Shown here: positions 16,666-25,488 of the stretch, in pieces
How the letters are laid out: each line of letters opens with the position of its first letter
Numbering within the stretch: the stretch's first letter is position 1
Source: Fibrobacteria bacterium
GTDB taxonomy: Bacteria; Fibrobacterota; Fibrobacteria; UBA11236
NCBI GenBank assembly: GCA_043745805.1
Contig: JAYTSD010000008.1
Location: 288,001 to 352,000, forward strand
Length of the DNA stretch: 64,000 bases
Reading direction: 5' to 3'
The notes under the pieces: generated by a model
Seen by the model: only the letters and a program-made list of their open reading frames with translations
What the model was told of the DNA's origin: nothing
Database searches by the model: none
Translations under genes and position numbers: made by a program

Positions 16666-19176
16666 ATGTTTATGAAAAAAGTATTGCCTTTTGTTCCGCT
16701 GCTTTTCCTACTTGCATGTGAAGGGAAAAGAGACACCTCAGGAGCCATGGCGCGTATTGATGGTACCACGTATACTCAAAATGATTTTCAACTTTTAATT
16801 AAATCTCTTCCAAAAGACCGACAAGATGAAATCTTAAGGGATCCCGAAGCGAGAAGAAAGCATTTCGAGGATGTTCTTCGTCAAAAACTATTAGCCTTGG
16901 CTGCTCAAAAAGCTGGCTATACGGATAATGCGGTACTCAAAGAACGCTTGATCACGGTTGACCAACGTATTGTGACACAAAATTATTTTCAAGTGCATCT
17001 TAATGAAAATGGTGGATTTCCTTTTAATGAAATCGAATCATATTATAAAGCACATTCCAAAAGTTTTATCGATGATTCAGGAAAAGTAAAACCTCTAGCG
17101 AATGTACAACCCATGGTGGTTGATTCCTTGATTATTGCTAAAGCCAATCTCGATTCTTTTTATTTAGCTGATGGAAAAAAATTTGAAAGCAAAGCCTCCT
17201 GCGATATTTCTGGATTCGTAGTGGCAAGTTCCAAAGCGGCAGAGCAAGCTATTAAAGCCATTGATGGTGGATTAGCTTTCGAAAAAGCACTAAATAAATT
17301 TTCAACGGATTCACTCCTGATAACCAATAAAGGAAAAATTGCACGTATCACTCAAGGTACGCCTTTTTGGGAATTTGGCAATGCGCTCAATACCGATAGC
17401 CTTTTCTTCAACGATAAAACCAAATTAGCCTTGGGCAAATTTACCAAGCCTATACGCAAAGATTCGATTCACTATTATCTGGTTAAAGCCGATAGCTGTA
17501 GGCCTGCTACCATTCCCCCACTCGCACAAGTACGCCGCCAAGTACAAGAAGCTTATTTAGCACATTATCGCGGCGCCCTAGGTGAAAATGCATTAGCGAT
17601 TCTCAAAGCGAAATACAATGTCAAAATTTCGGATTTGAAAAAACCTATTAATGACGCAGATTTAAATAAATATTATGGCGAACATAAAGACCATTATCTA
17701 ACTGCCGAAACCTACGATGTATATCATATAGAGTTAAAAAACAAAGATGCCTTATTGAAAAAAACAAAGAGTATAAAAACACTGGAAGACTTCAAAAAAC
17801 TGGCCGGCCAAATTTCCGAAAATACTTGGACTAAATCCAAGCAAGGTTATATGGGCTTAATCAAAAAAGATCATTGCCTTCCTTATGGCATTGGCATGTT
17901 ACCCTCACTCTTTGCTGATCTAGATTCTGTAAAAAATGGCTTTCTCAAAAAACCTTTTGCAAATGCAGAAACACGTAAGTGGAATGTTTTTTGGGTTACC
18001 CAAATTAATGGCAAAAAAGAAAAACCTTTTGACCGTGCAAAAGCTATGGTCAAACAAGATTATGTTAATGAGCAAGTCAGTACTATCAAACCCGATGATA
18101 CCTTAGCCTCCTTTAAAGGTGGAAAAGTTATTCTGGAAAAAAACGTGGCATTTTTAAGGCAAGAAATTCCTGCCAATGTGCAAGAGCGCTATACTCGCGA
18201 AATGCTTGTGGACTATCTATTAACTTGGGATTTAGCCACTTTAGAATCTGAAGCTTTAGGCTTGACGCAAGATCTAAAATTACAAGCCACACGTTTGCAA
18301 AATCAAGACTCCTATTGGGCCACGCAATATCAAGATTCAGTAATCAATAAAACATTTGGATTAGATACTTTGTTATTGAAAAAAACCTTTACGGAAAATC
18401 ATAATTATTTTACGAATGACAGCGCCGACCATGCGTATCTACGTTACTCCAAAGATATTGCCACCTTTTTGGAACTGAAACCACAAGATTTCGATTTAGA
18501 ATATCATATTAACTCCGATAAATACAAACATGACAGCGTAACACTTTCAATGCAACAAGCGCAATATGATATGTTTCAAAATATTAAAGGAGAGGCCGCA
18601 GCAAAAGCCGATGAACAAATCTTAGCGCGCTTGAAAAAACAATTTCATGTTGAAATTCTAGACCCAAGTCTATTGCCTTCCAAACCCAAAAGCCCCAATG
18701 ATAAATTTAAGCAGGCACAAAATCTTCACTATGACAGAAAGCTAGATCTTGCTTTAGTTATATATAAGGAATTACGGTCGCAATTTCCTGAAATGAAAGG
18801 CTTACAAGATTCTATTTGTTTTGGCATGGCCCAAATTTATATCGAACAAGAAAATTTTTCGGCAGCCTTAGCCGAGTATCGTCGTCTTTCTTATCTCTAT
18901 CCTGAAAGTGCTGATAATTATAAAGCCCAGTTTATGTTAGGTTTTATTTATGCTGAGCATCTGAAACAAGATTCATCCGCAGTACGCGCTTTCGAAACCA
19001 TGTTGCAAAAATATCCTAAAACCGATTTGTCGGATGATGCCGATTGGATGATTAGGAATATTCGCAGCGGTGGAAAATTAATGCCTCAATTAGAAGGAGA
19101 GAGCTCAACTAAGGACACCGTAACCGTACCACAGGTCCCGCAAGCTGAAAAGAAAGAAGCGAAAAAGACGAAATAA
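16666..19176 (+). CDS. Lipoprotein chaperone/parvulin-like PPIase with C-terminal TPR domain
   Basis: Lipobox LLAC, SurA-like N-terminal region, two degenerate parvulin domains, and C-terminal TPRs (AQFMLGFIYAE..., KYPKTDLSDDADWMI). Confidence 0.78.
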   Translation: MFMKKVLPFVPLLFLLACEGKRDTSGAMARIDGTTYTQNDFQLLIKSLPKDRQDEILRDPEARRKHFEDVLRQKLLALAAQKAGYTDNAVLKERLITVDQRIVTQNYFQVHLNENGGFPFNEIESYYKAHSKSFIDDSGKVKPLANVQPMVVDSLIIAKANLDSFYLADGKKFESKASCDISGFVVASSKAAEQAIKAIDGGLAFEKALNKFSTDSLLITNKGKIARITQGTPFWEFGNALNTDSLFFNDKTKLALGKFTKPIRKDSIHYYLVKADSCRPATIPPLAQVRRQVQEAYLAHYRGALGENALAILKAKYNVKISDLKKPINDADLNKYYGEHKDHYLTAETYDVYHIELKNKDALLKKTKSIKTLEDFKKLAGQISENTWTKSKQGYMGLIKKDHCLPYGIGMLPSLFADLDSVKNGFLKKPFANAETRKWNVFWVTQINGKKEKPFDRAKAMVKQDYVNEQVSTIKPDDTLASFKGGKVILEKNVAFLRQEIPANVQERYTREMLVDYLLTWDLATLESEALGLTQDLKLQATRLQNQDSYWATQYQDSVINKTFGLDTLLLKKTFTENHNYFTNDSADHAYLRYSKDIATFLELKPQDFDLEYHINSDKYKHDSVTLSMQQAQYDMFQNIKGEAAAKADEQILARLKKQFHVEILDPSLLPSKPKSPNDKFKQAQNLHYDRKLDLALVIYKELRSQFPEMKGLQDSICFGMAQIYIEQENFSAALAEYRRLSYLYPESADNYKAQFMLGFIYAEHLKQDSSAVRAFETMLQKYPKTDLSDDADWMIRNIRSGGKLMPQLEGESSTKDTVTVPQVPQAEKKEAKKTK

Positions 19177-19219
19177 AAAAAATCCCGCTTCCAATTTGTA
19201 CTGGATTGCGGGATTTTTT
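19175..19219. terminator. Bidirectional intrinsic terminator between the PPIase and convergent tRNA-Gly
   Basis: AAAAAAATCCCGC...GCGGGATTTTTT inverted repeat with A and T tracts on the two sides. Confidence 0.8.
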
Positions 19220-19294
19220 GGAGCGGATTAAGGGATTCGAACCCTCGGCCTTCTGCTTGGGAAGCAGAAGCTCTACCAACTGAGCTAAATCCGC
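19219..19294 (-). tRNA. tRNA-Gly (CCC)
   Basis: Reverse complement is GCGGATTTAGCTCAGTTGGTAGAGCTTCTGCTTCCCAAGCAGAAGGCCGAGGGTTCGAATCCCTTAATCCGCTCCA, a full 76-nt cloverleaf. Confidence 0.97.
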
Positions 19295-19331
19295 AACAGC
19301 TGGAAATATAATCAATTCAAAAGGAAATAAA

Positions 19332-19772
19332 ATGGAAAGCACATTAGTAATTATTAAACCCAATGGTGTAAGCGGCGGACTAGTTGGAGAAATTGTAGGG
19401 CGATTTGAAAAATCTCGCTTAGCTCTCAAAGCCATGAAATTAAAACAAGTAAGTCGTGCCGAAGCAGAAGGCTTTTATGCAGAACATAAGGAACGTCCTT
19501 TCTTTCCTGAATTGGTGGACTTTATGTCCTCGGGTCCAGTTGTGCTTTTAGCCTTACAAGGTGAAAAAGCCATTGAAGCAGTGCGTGGAATGAATGGCGC
19601 TACCAATCCAAAAAATGCTTTACCAGGAACTATTCGTTTTGACTTTGCGCCTAGCACAGGTGCAAATATTGTGCACTCCTCCGACTCTTCTCAAAGCGCC
19701 GCGAGAGAAATTTCTTTTTGGTTTCAAGATTCTGAATTAGTGGAATACCCCGCTTATTCGAATATACGCTAA
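19332..19772 (+). CDS. ndk: Nucleoside-diphosphate kinase
   Basis: TLVIIKP, FYAEHKERPFF, PGTIRFDFA and NIVHSSDS with the catalytic His. Confidence 0.97.
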   Translation: MESTLVIIKPNGVSGGLVGEIVGRFEKSRLALKAMKLKQVSRAEAEGFYAEHKERPFFPELVDFMSSGPVVLLALQGEKAIEAVRGMNGATNPKNALPGTIRFDFAPSTGANIVHSSDSSQSAAREISFWFQDSELVEYPAYSNIR

Positions 19773-19827
19773 TTAGTCACAGACTTTTTTAGATTTACGA
19801 TTTTAAGACTTCAGAGGAGAATGCATT

Positions 19828-20337
19828 ATGCAAATCCCCTATCAAGGGAAAAAACCTCAAGTCCATGAATCGGTTTTTCTTGCCCCTGGTGCGAGTATCA
19901 TTGGTGATACCCGTATCGGGCAGGATTCCTCGGTTTTTTTTGGCTGTGTTTTACGTGGCGATATTAATTCCATAACCATTGGGCGAGCTACCAATGTTCA
20001 AGATTTAACCACCTTGCATGTAGCAAGTGATATCCCTGTACAAATTGGGGACGAAGTTTCCATTGGCCATGGCTGCCTTATTCATGCTTGTACACTTGCG
20101 AATCGCATTCTTGTAGGTATGGGAAGCATCATTATGGATGGCGTGGAAATCGGTGAGGATTGTCTAGTCGCTGCGGGAAGCTTACTTCCAAAAGGCAAAA
20201 TTTATTATCCTGGATCTTTAATCATTGGAAATCCCGCACGTATACTGCGACCACTAACCCCCGAAGAAATCAAAAGCATCGCTCAGCTCGCAAAAAAATA
20301 TGTGGGAGTAAAAAATGGATATCTTAATAATCCGTGA
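19828..20337 (+). CDS. Gamma carbonic anhydrase family protein (YrdA-like)
   Basis: Hexapeptide repeats, LRGDIN, NVQD...LH and IGH...IHAC metal ligands. Confidence 0.92.
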   Translation: MQIPYQGKKPQVHESVFLAPGASIIGDTRIGQDSSVFFGCVLRGDINSITIGRATNVQDLTTLHVASDIPVQIGDEVSIGHGCLIHACTLANRILVGMGSIIMDGVEIGEDCLVAAGSLLPKGKIYYPGSLIIGNPARILRPLTPEEIKSIAQLAKKYVGVKNGYLNNP

Positions 20338-20936
20338 AAAACTTTTTTAAAAATTTTGCGTTTCTGCTTATTGTAATCACATTAAGTTGCTGGATCATTA
20401 ATCAATATATTATTGTAAAAACTCAAAAAAGAATACTTTCTTTAGCCGATAATATTCCCATTGTCGAAGCGGTTGTTGTACCTGGAGCTAGTGTTTATCG
20501 GTCGGGAAAGCTTTCGCCGGCATTATCACAAAGAATGGATGCAGGTATTATGGTTAAAAAAAAATATCCAAGCATACCATTAATTTTATCGGGGCATTCT
20601 ATTCCCAATGGATACAATGAAACCCTTGCGATGATAGAATATGCCCGTGAAAAAGGAATTCCTGCTACCAATATATTAGCGGATGAAAGAGGTCGTTCCA
20701 CCTACGTCACCCTATTAAATTGTCGCCAAAAATTTCATTTACAAAAAATTCTCATTGTGAGCCAAAGCTTTTATTTACCGCGGACTTTGTATATTGCCGA
20801 ATCGCTGGGTCTCGATGCCTATGGTTTAGTGGTGGAAGATAGCGCTCATAGCGACGTTTTTCATCCGCGTGAATTCATTTCTCGAATTAAAGACTTTTTC
20901 TTTTTAAAATTAACCAGGCTTTTTCGTGCCGCTTAA
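20334..20936 (+). CDS. SanA/YdcF (DUF218) family protein
   Basis: N-terminal TM, VPGASV, LILSG, YNET..M, GRSTY and VSQSFYLPR. Confidence 0.88.
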   Translation: MKNFFKNFAFLLIVITLSCWIINQYIIVKTQKRILSLADNIPIVEAVVVPGASVYRSGKLSPALSQRMDAGIMVKKKYPSIPLILSGHSIPNGYNETLAMIEYAREKGIPATNILADERGRSTYVTLLNCRQKFHLQKILIVSQSFYLPRTLYIAESLGLDAYGLVVEDSAHSDVFHPREFISRIKDFFFLKLTRLFRAA

Positions 20937-21924
20937 ACAAAGTCCTTTGCTTCTTGCATTTTTAATAAACCCCTTTTCGGGTGGAGGCGTGGGTAAAAGG
21001 GTGTTTCATCAATTGCCCGAAATAATGGCTTCCTTCGGAATGGATAGTTCGGAATGGACCGCAGAGCTTACCGAAGAAAATCGCTTAGAAGAACAAACGG
21101 ATGCCTTCTTATTGGCAGCGCAAAAAGTAATTGCCGTGGGTGGAGATGGAACCATTGGCTTTGTACTCAATCGCTTACGCAAACAACATTTACCGCATAC
21201 GCAAATAGGTTTAATTCCCTTGGGTACTGGAAATGATTTAGGGCGTACCTTGGGCATTTATAATATTTATTCGCAAAGAGGTTTACTCGCCAGTGTGAAG
21301 CGTTTATTAAGAGCGCAATCCACCAAATTCGATTTATGGGAAATTAATCGCGATAAAACTCTCGCTTCGTATCTGTCCTTAGGCTTAGATGCATCCGTAT
21401 TATATGATTTTGATACTGCACGTAAAGCCGGACGCATTCCTAAAGGAGCTTGGTTCAATCGTTTATACTATGTGCGATCTTTTATTAAGCATAGTACTTA
21501 TCGTATTCGTGAGCCTATTGAATTGGAACTGGAATTTGCTGGAGAAAAAAAAACCATCTCCTTAAAAAATAAAGTGTGCTGTTTAGTGGCAAATATTAAT
21601 TCCTATGCGGCCGGAGCGCATCCCTTTTTAACCAATCCTTTCGATGATGGAAAATTGGAAGTTATAGTTTTTGATAATATATGGAAATTTGCTGCCTTAA
21701 CTATTGGTTCCCGCATTTACCCTCGCTTTGCAAAGTTTTTACATAAACATTTGCCCACCTATAATGCCACATCGGTGCATATTAAAGGAGCAAACGCAAC
21801 ACCCTGCCAGCTTGATGGCGAAGACTTAAGCGAATATTGTCGGCAACAAAATGCATTGTCTATTCATGCTGCTCAATCCGTGCAATTATTGGATTTGCGT
21901 AGCGCCAATTTTAGCCTCTTTTAA
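20926..21924 (+). CDS. Diacylglycerol/lipid kinase family protein
   Basis: INPFSG, AVGGDGT, PLGTGND, DDGKLEV and QLDGE. Confidence 0.9.
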   Translation: MPLKQSPLLLAFLINPFSGGGVGKRVFHQLPEIMASFGMDSSEWTAELTEENRLEEQTDAFLLAAQKVIAVGGDGTIGFVLNRLRKQHLPHTQIGLIPLGTGNDLGRTLGIYNIYSQRGLLASVKRLLRAQSTKFDLWEINRDKTLASYLSLGLDASVLYDFDTARKAGRIPKGAWFNRLYYVRSFIKHSTYRIREPIELELEFAGEKKTISLKNKVCCLVANINSYAAGAHPFLTNPFDDGKLEVIVFDNIWKFAALTIGSRIYPRFAKFLHKHLPTYNATSVHIKGANATPCQLDGEDLSEYCRQQNALSIHAAQSVQLLDLRSANFSLF

Positions 21925-21952
21925 AGCTTTGTATAACTCAATTATGGCACTC

Positions 21953-22699
21953 TTATAACTCTAATAACATTTCCATATCGTCCGTAACAATACCCGCGAC
22001 ATGTTCGGCTTCGGCCTGTAAAAAATTTTCTTTGCCAATAATATCCCAAAGCAATATTCGATTCGGGGTAACCGAAGTGTGAAGCATATTATTTTGTTTT
22101 TGATTTTTCAAAAACAAATTCCAAGCCATCGAAAAGTACTTCAACTTCATTCCATTCGCCGAGGCATCTAGCATCATTGCTTTTTGCAAACTTTCTTCAT
22201 CCTCAAGAATAACCGCTAAATTCGGGAAAATATCTTTTTGTATACAAAATTCAATTAAAGGTAAATGAAAGCTCGCTAAAAAAGTTAGCGGATGAACCTT
22301 ACTGGCCTGCACCAAGGCAATGGTTTTAAGGACTAAAGATTGCCAATAATTTTCTTGCGCGAATTTAATAGCGGGGATTTTTAACTCCAAATAAAAAGGA
22401 TGCCCTGCAAATTCATTTAAAAAATCTGCGAGAGACGGTATTTTACTAGTTTCCCCTTGCGCATTGGATAAAATTATTTTTTGTATTTCCGAAAAAGGCA
22501 ATTCAAAGGGTTGCAAATCACAATGGCCAAGCCGGTTTGCATTATCGTCATGAAAAATAAAAGGAATGCCGTCTGCGCTAAGTTGCACATCAAACTCGAT
22601 CATATCACATCCCGAATCATAGGCGGCGCGAAAAGATTCTAAAGTGTTTTCAATATGAACTTGATGAAATCCTCGATGAGCTATTTTAAATGGATGCAC
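21953..22699 (-). CDS. Glycerophosphodiester phosphodiesterase
   Basis: IAHRG, ENTLESF, IEFDVQLSADG, FHD, LELK and IVTD. Confidence 0.92.
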   Translation of the reverse strand: MHPFKIAHRGFHQVHIENTLESFRAAYDSGCDMIEFDVQLSADGIPFIFHDDNANRLGHCDLQPFELPFSEIQKIILSNAQGETSKIPSLADFLNEFAGHPFYLELKIPAIKFAQENYWQSLVLKTIALVQASKVHPLTFLASFHLPLIEFCIQKDIFPNLAVILEDEESLQKAMMLDASANGMKLKYFSMAWNLFLKNQKQNNMLHTSVTPNRILLWDIIGKENFLQAEAEHVAGIVTDDMEMLLEL

Positions 22700-24284
22700 A
22701 GTGATTATTCCTTTTTAAATAAGCGGTATACGACAAATCCATTTGACCAGTATAACCTGGCACTTCCTTTTGAAAAATTTGCTCCACCGCCACTAGAGAG
22801 GCCATTCCCCCACTGCGCGTAAAAAACAAATCCGTGCGGCGGCGATAAAAATCAAGTGGGCAACGTGCAAATTCCTTGTGAATGGAGAAATAAACTTCGC
22901 CTGCTAGTAATTGTTCTTTTTCAGCTAAATAATTTTGATACTCCGGTTTTTGCATTATGAACTCTGTCAACTCCACTGCACGAGCGCCGTAGCGACGTAA
23001 CCATAAGGTTATCAGTGAAATATCCAAAAAAGAAAATTTAGCGAGCGTCTTCTCTAACCTGTCCTTGGTCTCGGCATTTTTCCAGCCCCCAGGAAAAATT
23101 TTGTTTTGCAAAGATTGCATGGCTTTTTCGGGAAACATGAATTGAAAATAACCTTCTGCAAATTGGCGATGCGTAGTATATTTTCCACCGACCGCAGAAA
23201 AAACATGTTCTTCCATTTTATGAAATACTTGTTCGCGACTTAAAGCCGATGTGCCCAGGCCTTTAGCTCTCGCCAAAGGACGTATACCTGTAATCGTGCA
23301 AATAGGCTGTAGATTTTCTTTGGGGAAATAGGTTTTTGTCCAATTGATAAGATCAGTAATTTCCGATTCTAAGGCTTTAGGTTCTTCAAGCGCTTCTTTC
23401 AATTCGGTTTCAGTAGTCCCAATTAAATGACCATATTTCCAAGGCACCACAAAAAAATACCGCTTACTTTGGGGTATAGGTAATATAAAACAATTTTGGG
23501 AATCTAGTTTATCTACCAATAAATGTATGCCTTGACTTAATCGCAACTGCGCCGTTTGTCCGGTAAATTTTTTTTCAATAATTTTATCTGTCCATGGCCC
23601 CAGCGTAAAAGCAATATTATCGCAATGCAAAACTTTTTCTTTTTGGCTTAAACGATCTAATACCGTTACTTCTAAGTTACGGATGATTTTAGCTTTGGAT
23701 TGATTTTTACTGGCTCTTTCGGCTAATCGTTCCACACCTATGAAGCGATGATAATTAAATACCTCGGCCCCAAGCTGCTGTGCATCAAGGATATTTTCTA
23801 GCACTAAGCGCGCATCATCCATAACACAATCCGAATAAGCATAAGCCCCACAATTTTCTTCAGGTAAAAAAGCCGGTTCGGTTTTGTGTAGTTTTAATGC
23901 ATTTAACCAAGTATGCGGCTTTAAGGCTTGGCGACCCGCCATAAAATCATATAAAATCATGCCCATTTTAATAGCTGGGCGAAAATGCCGACCCAGCCTA
24001 GTATTCGGAAAAAGAAAGCGCTTTTCTTCCACCAGATGAGGGGCCGTGTGCAAAAGGTTTAAGCGTTCTCTTACCGATCCGCGGACCAAACTAAAATCAA
24101 AATTTTCGAGATAGCGCAACCCCCCGTGAATTAATTTCGAGGTGGCGGTACTGGCTCCTTGCCCAAAATCACCAGCTTCGAAAAGCCCTACTTTTAGCCC
24201 TTGATGCGAGGCTAACCTTGCCAAAGCGGCCCCATTTATGCCCCCACCAATAACAATTAAATCATATTCCGACTTTGTAACCAA
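22686..24284 (-). CDS. glpD: FAD-dependent glycerol-3-phosphate dehydrogenase
   Basis: GGGING, GASTATSKLIHGGLRYLE, DDARL, GTTE, GIRPL and GGKYTT. Confidence 0.93.
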   Translation of the reverse strand: MVTKSEYDLIVIGGGINGAALARLASHQGLKVGLFEAGDFGQGASTATSKLIHGGLRYLENFDFSLVRGSVRERLNLLHTAPHLVEEKRFLFPNTRLGRHFRPAIKMGMILYDFMAGRQALKPHTWLNALKLHKTEPAFLPEENCGAYAYSDCVMDDARLVLENILDAQQLGAEVFNYHRFIGVERLAERASKNQSKAKIIRNLEVTVLDRLSQKEKVLHCDNIAFTLGPWTDKIIEKKFTGQTAQLRLSQGIHLLVDKLDSQNCFILPIPQSKRYFFVVPWKYGHLIGTTETELKEALEEPKALESEITDLINWTKTYFPKENLQPICTITGIRPLARAKGLGTSALSREQVFHKMEEHVFSAVGGKYTTHRQFAEGYFQFMFPEKAMQSLQNKIFPGGWKNAETKDRLEKTLAKFSFLDISLITLWLRRYGARAVELTEFIMQKPEYQNYLAEKEQLLAGEVYFSIHKEFARCPLDFYRRRTDLFFTRSGGMASLVAVEQIFQKEVPGYTGQMDLSYTAYLKRNNHCASI

Positions 24285-24395
24285 AGTTTTCTACCCTCAT
24301 GCTGATGTCACTACATGTCCACCATACAAAAATTGTACATTTCTTGGCGGAAATTATGAAAGCCTCCAAGCCTTTGTCATTTCCTCAAATGTAAC

Positions 24396-25469
24396 ATGAA
24401 AAGGATAGACGATTCCACCATTATGAAAAAACTATTAACTCCTCTCTGCCTAACTTTTTTACTTGCTTTTAGCGCATCCTTTTCTGCTGAAAAATCTGCT
24501 CCTAAAAAAACCTCCTCGGGATCAGCGAACGACGTAATTCTTACTGTGGGTGGGAATTCCATCAAGCGTAAGCAAATGGACACTTTGGCGAATATGATGC
24601 TCAAACAACGCGCGGCCAGCAATTCTCAAGCACCACTCGACATCGAAAATTTGCATATATTAATTGCCAATAATTTAATTGGACAGGAACTTCTGGATAT
24701 AGAGGGGAAAAAAATAGGTTTAAAGGCCGAGCCTAAAGAAGTCGATTCCCTATTGAATTTATTCAAAAAGAATTTTGGTGGCGATCAACAATTTAAAGCG
24801 GCCTTGGCGGAAGCGGGAGATTCCGAAAAATCTTTGCGTGAAAAAATTATTCGTCAAATCAAAGCTGATAAACTTTTAAATAAACAACTCAAAGAAATTT
24901 CCAAACCTTCCGAAAAAGAAATGCAAGATTTTTTCATTGCGAATAAATCCAAGTTTCCCATTGATGATTCATTACGAGCGAGTCAAATCGTATTGTTACA
25001 AACCAAAGAAAGCAATGGCTTAGAAAAGAAAAATCAACTAGAAAAAATTCGCAAAGAATTAATACAAGATAGTGGTGATATTTTTCTTCTTTTGCGTAAA
25101 TTCACACAATATGCCATGCAATTTTCCGAAACACCGGAAAAGGCTGCAGGTGGTGACTTGCACTTATTTGCTCCCAAAGATTTCTCAGCCGACTTTAGTA
25201 AAAATGTATCGTTAATAAAAGCAGGACAAATCTCCCCAGTATTCAAAACCTCTTTAGGTTACCATCTGGTTATGGGTACCGAACGTCATGATGGGCAATA
25301 TCAAAGCTATCGTTATGCCATTGCACAAGCCATTGCTGGACAACAAACGCAAAAAAATAGCGTTGCTTTACGAACCTATTTGCAAAGCTTGGCCACGAAG
25401 TATCCGGTAGTATATGTGGATAAATCACTTAAAGATAAAAGTGCCATGGCCATTTATTCCACCAAATAA
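24396..25469 (+). CDS. SurA/PrsA-like peptidylprolyl isomerase
   Basis: Signal peptide, SurA N-terminal domain and parvulin motifs (ASQIVL, GGDL, ISPVFKTSLGYHLV). Confidence 0.85.
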   Translation: MKRIDDSTIMKKLLTPLCLTFLLAFSASFSAEKSAPKKTSSGSANDVILTVGGNSIKRKQMDTLANMMLKQRAASNSQAPLDIENLHILIANNLIGQELLDIEGKKIGLKAEPKEVDSLLNLFKKNFGGDQQFKAALAEAGDSEKSLREKIIRQIKADKLLNKQLKEISKPSEKEMQDFFIANKSKFPIDDSLRASQIVLLQTKESNGLEKKNQLEKIRKELIQDSGDIFLLLRKFTQYAMQFSETPEKAAGGDLHLFAPKDFSADFSKNVSLIKAGQISPVFKTSLGYHLVMGTERHDGQYQSYRYAIAQAIAGQQTQKNSVALRTYLQSLATKYPVVYVDKSLKDKSAMAIYSTK

Positions 25470-25488
25470 TTGTAAGGCGTAGATCCTC

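Noticed and set aside
19109-19435. 108-aa minus-strand ORF
   Set aside because: It is a translation of tRNA-Gly plus antisense ndk.
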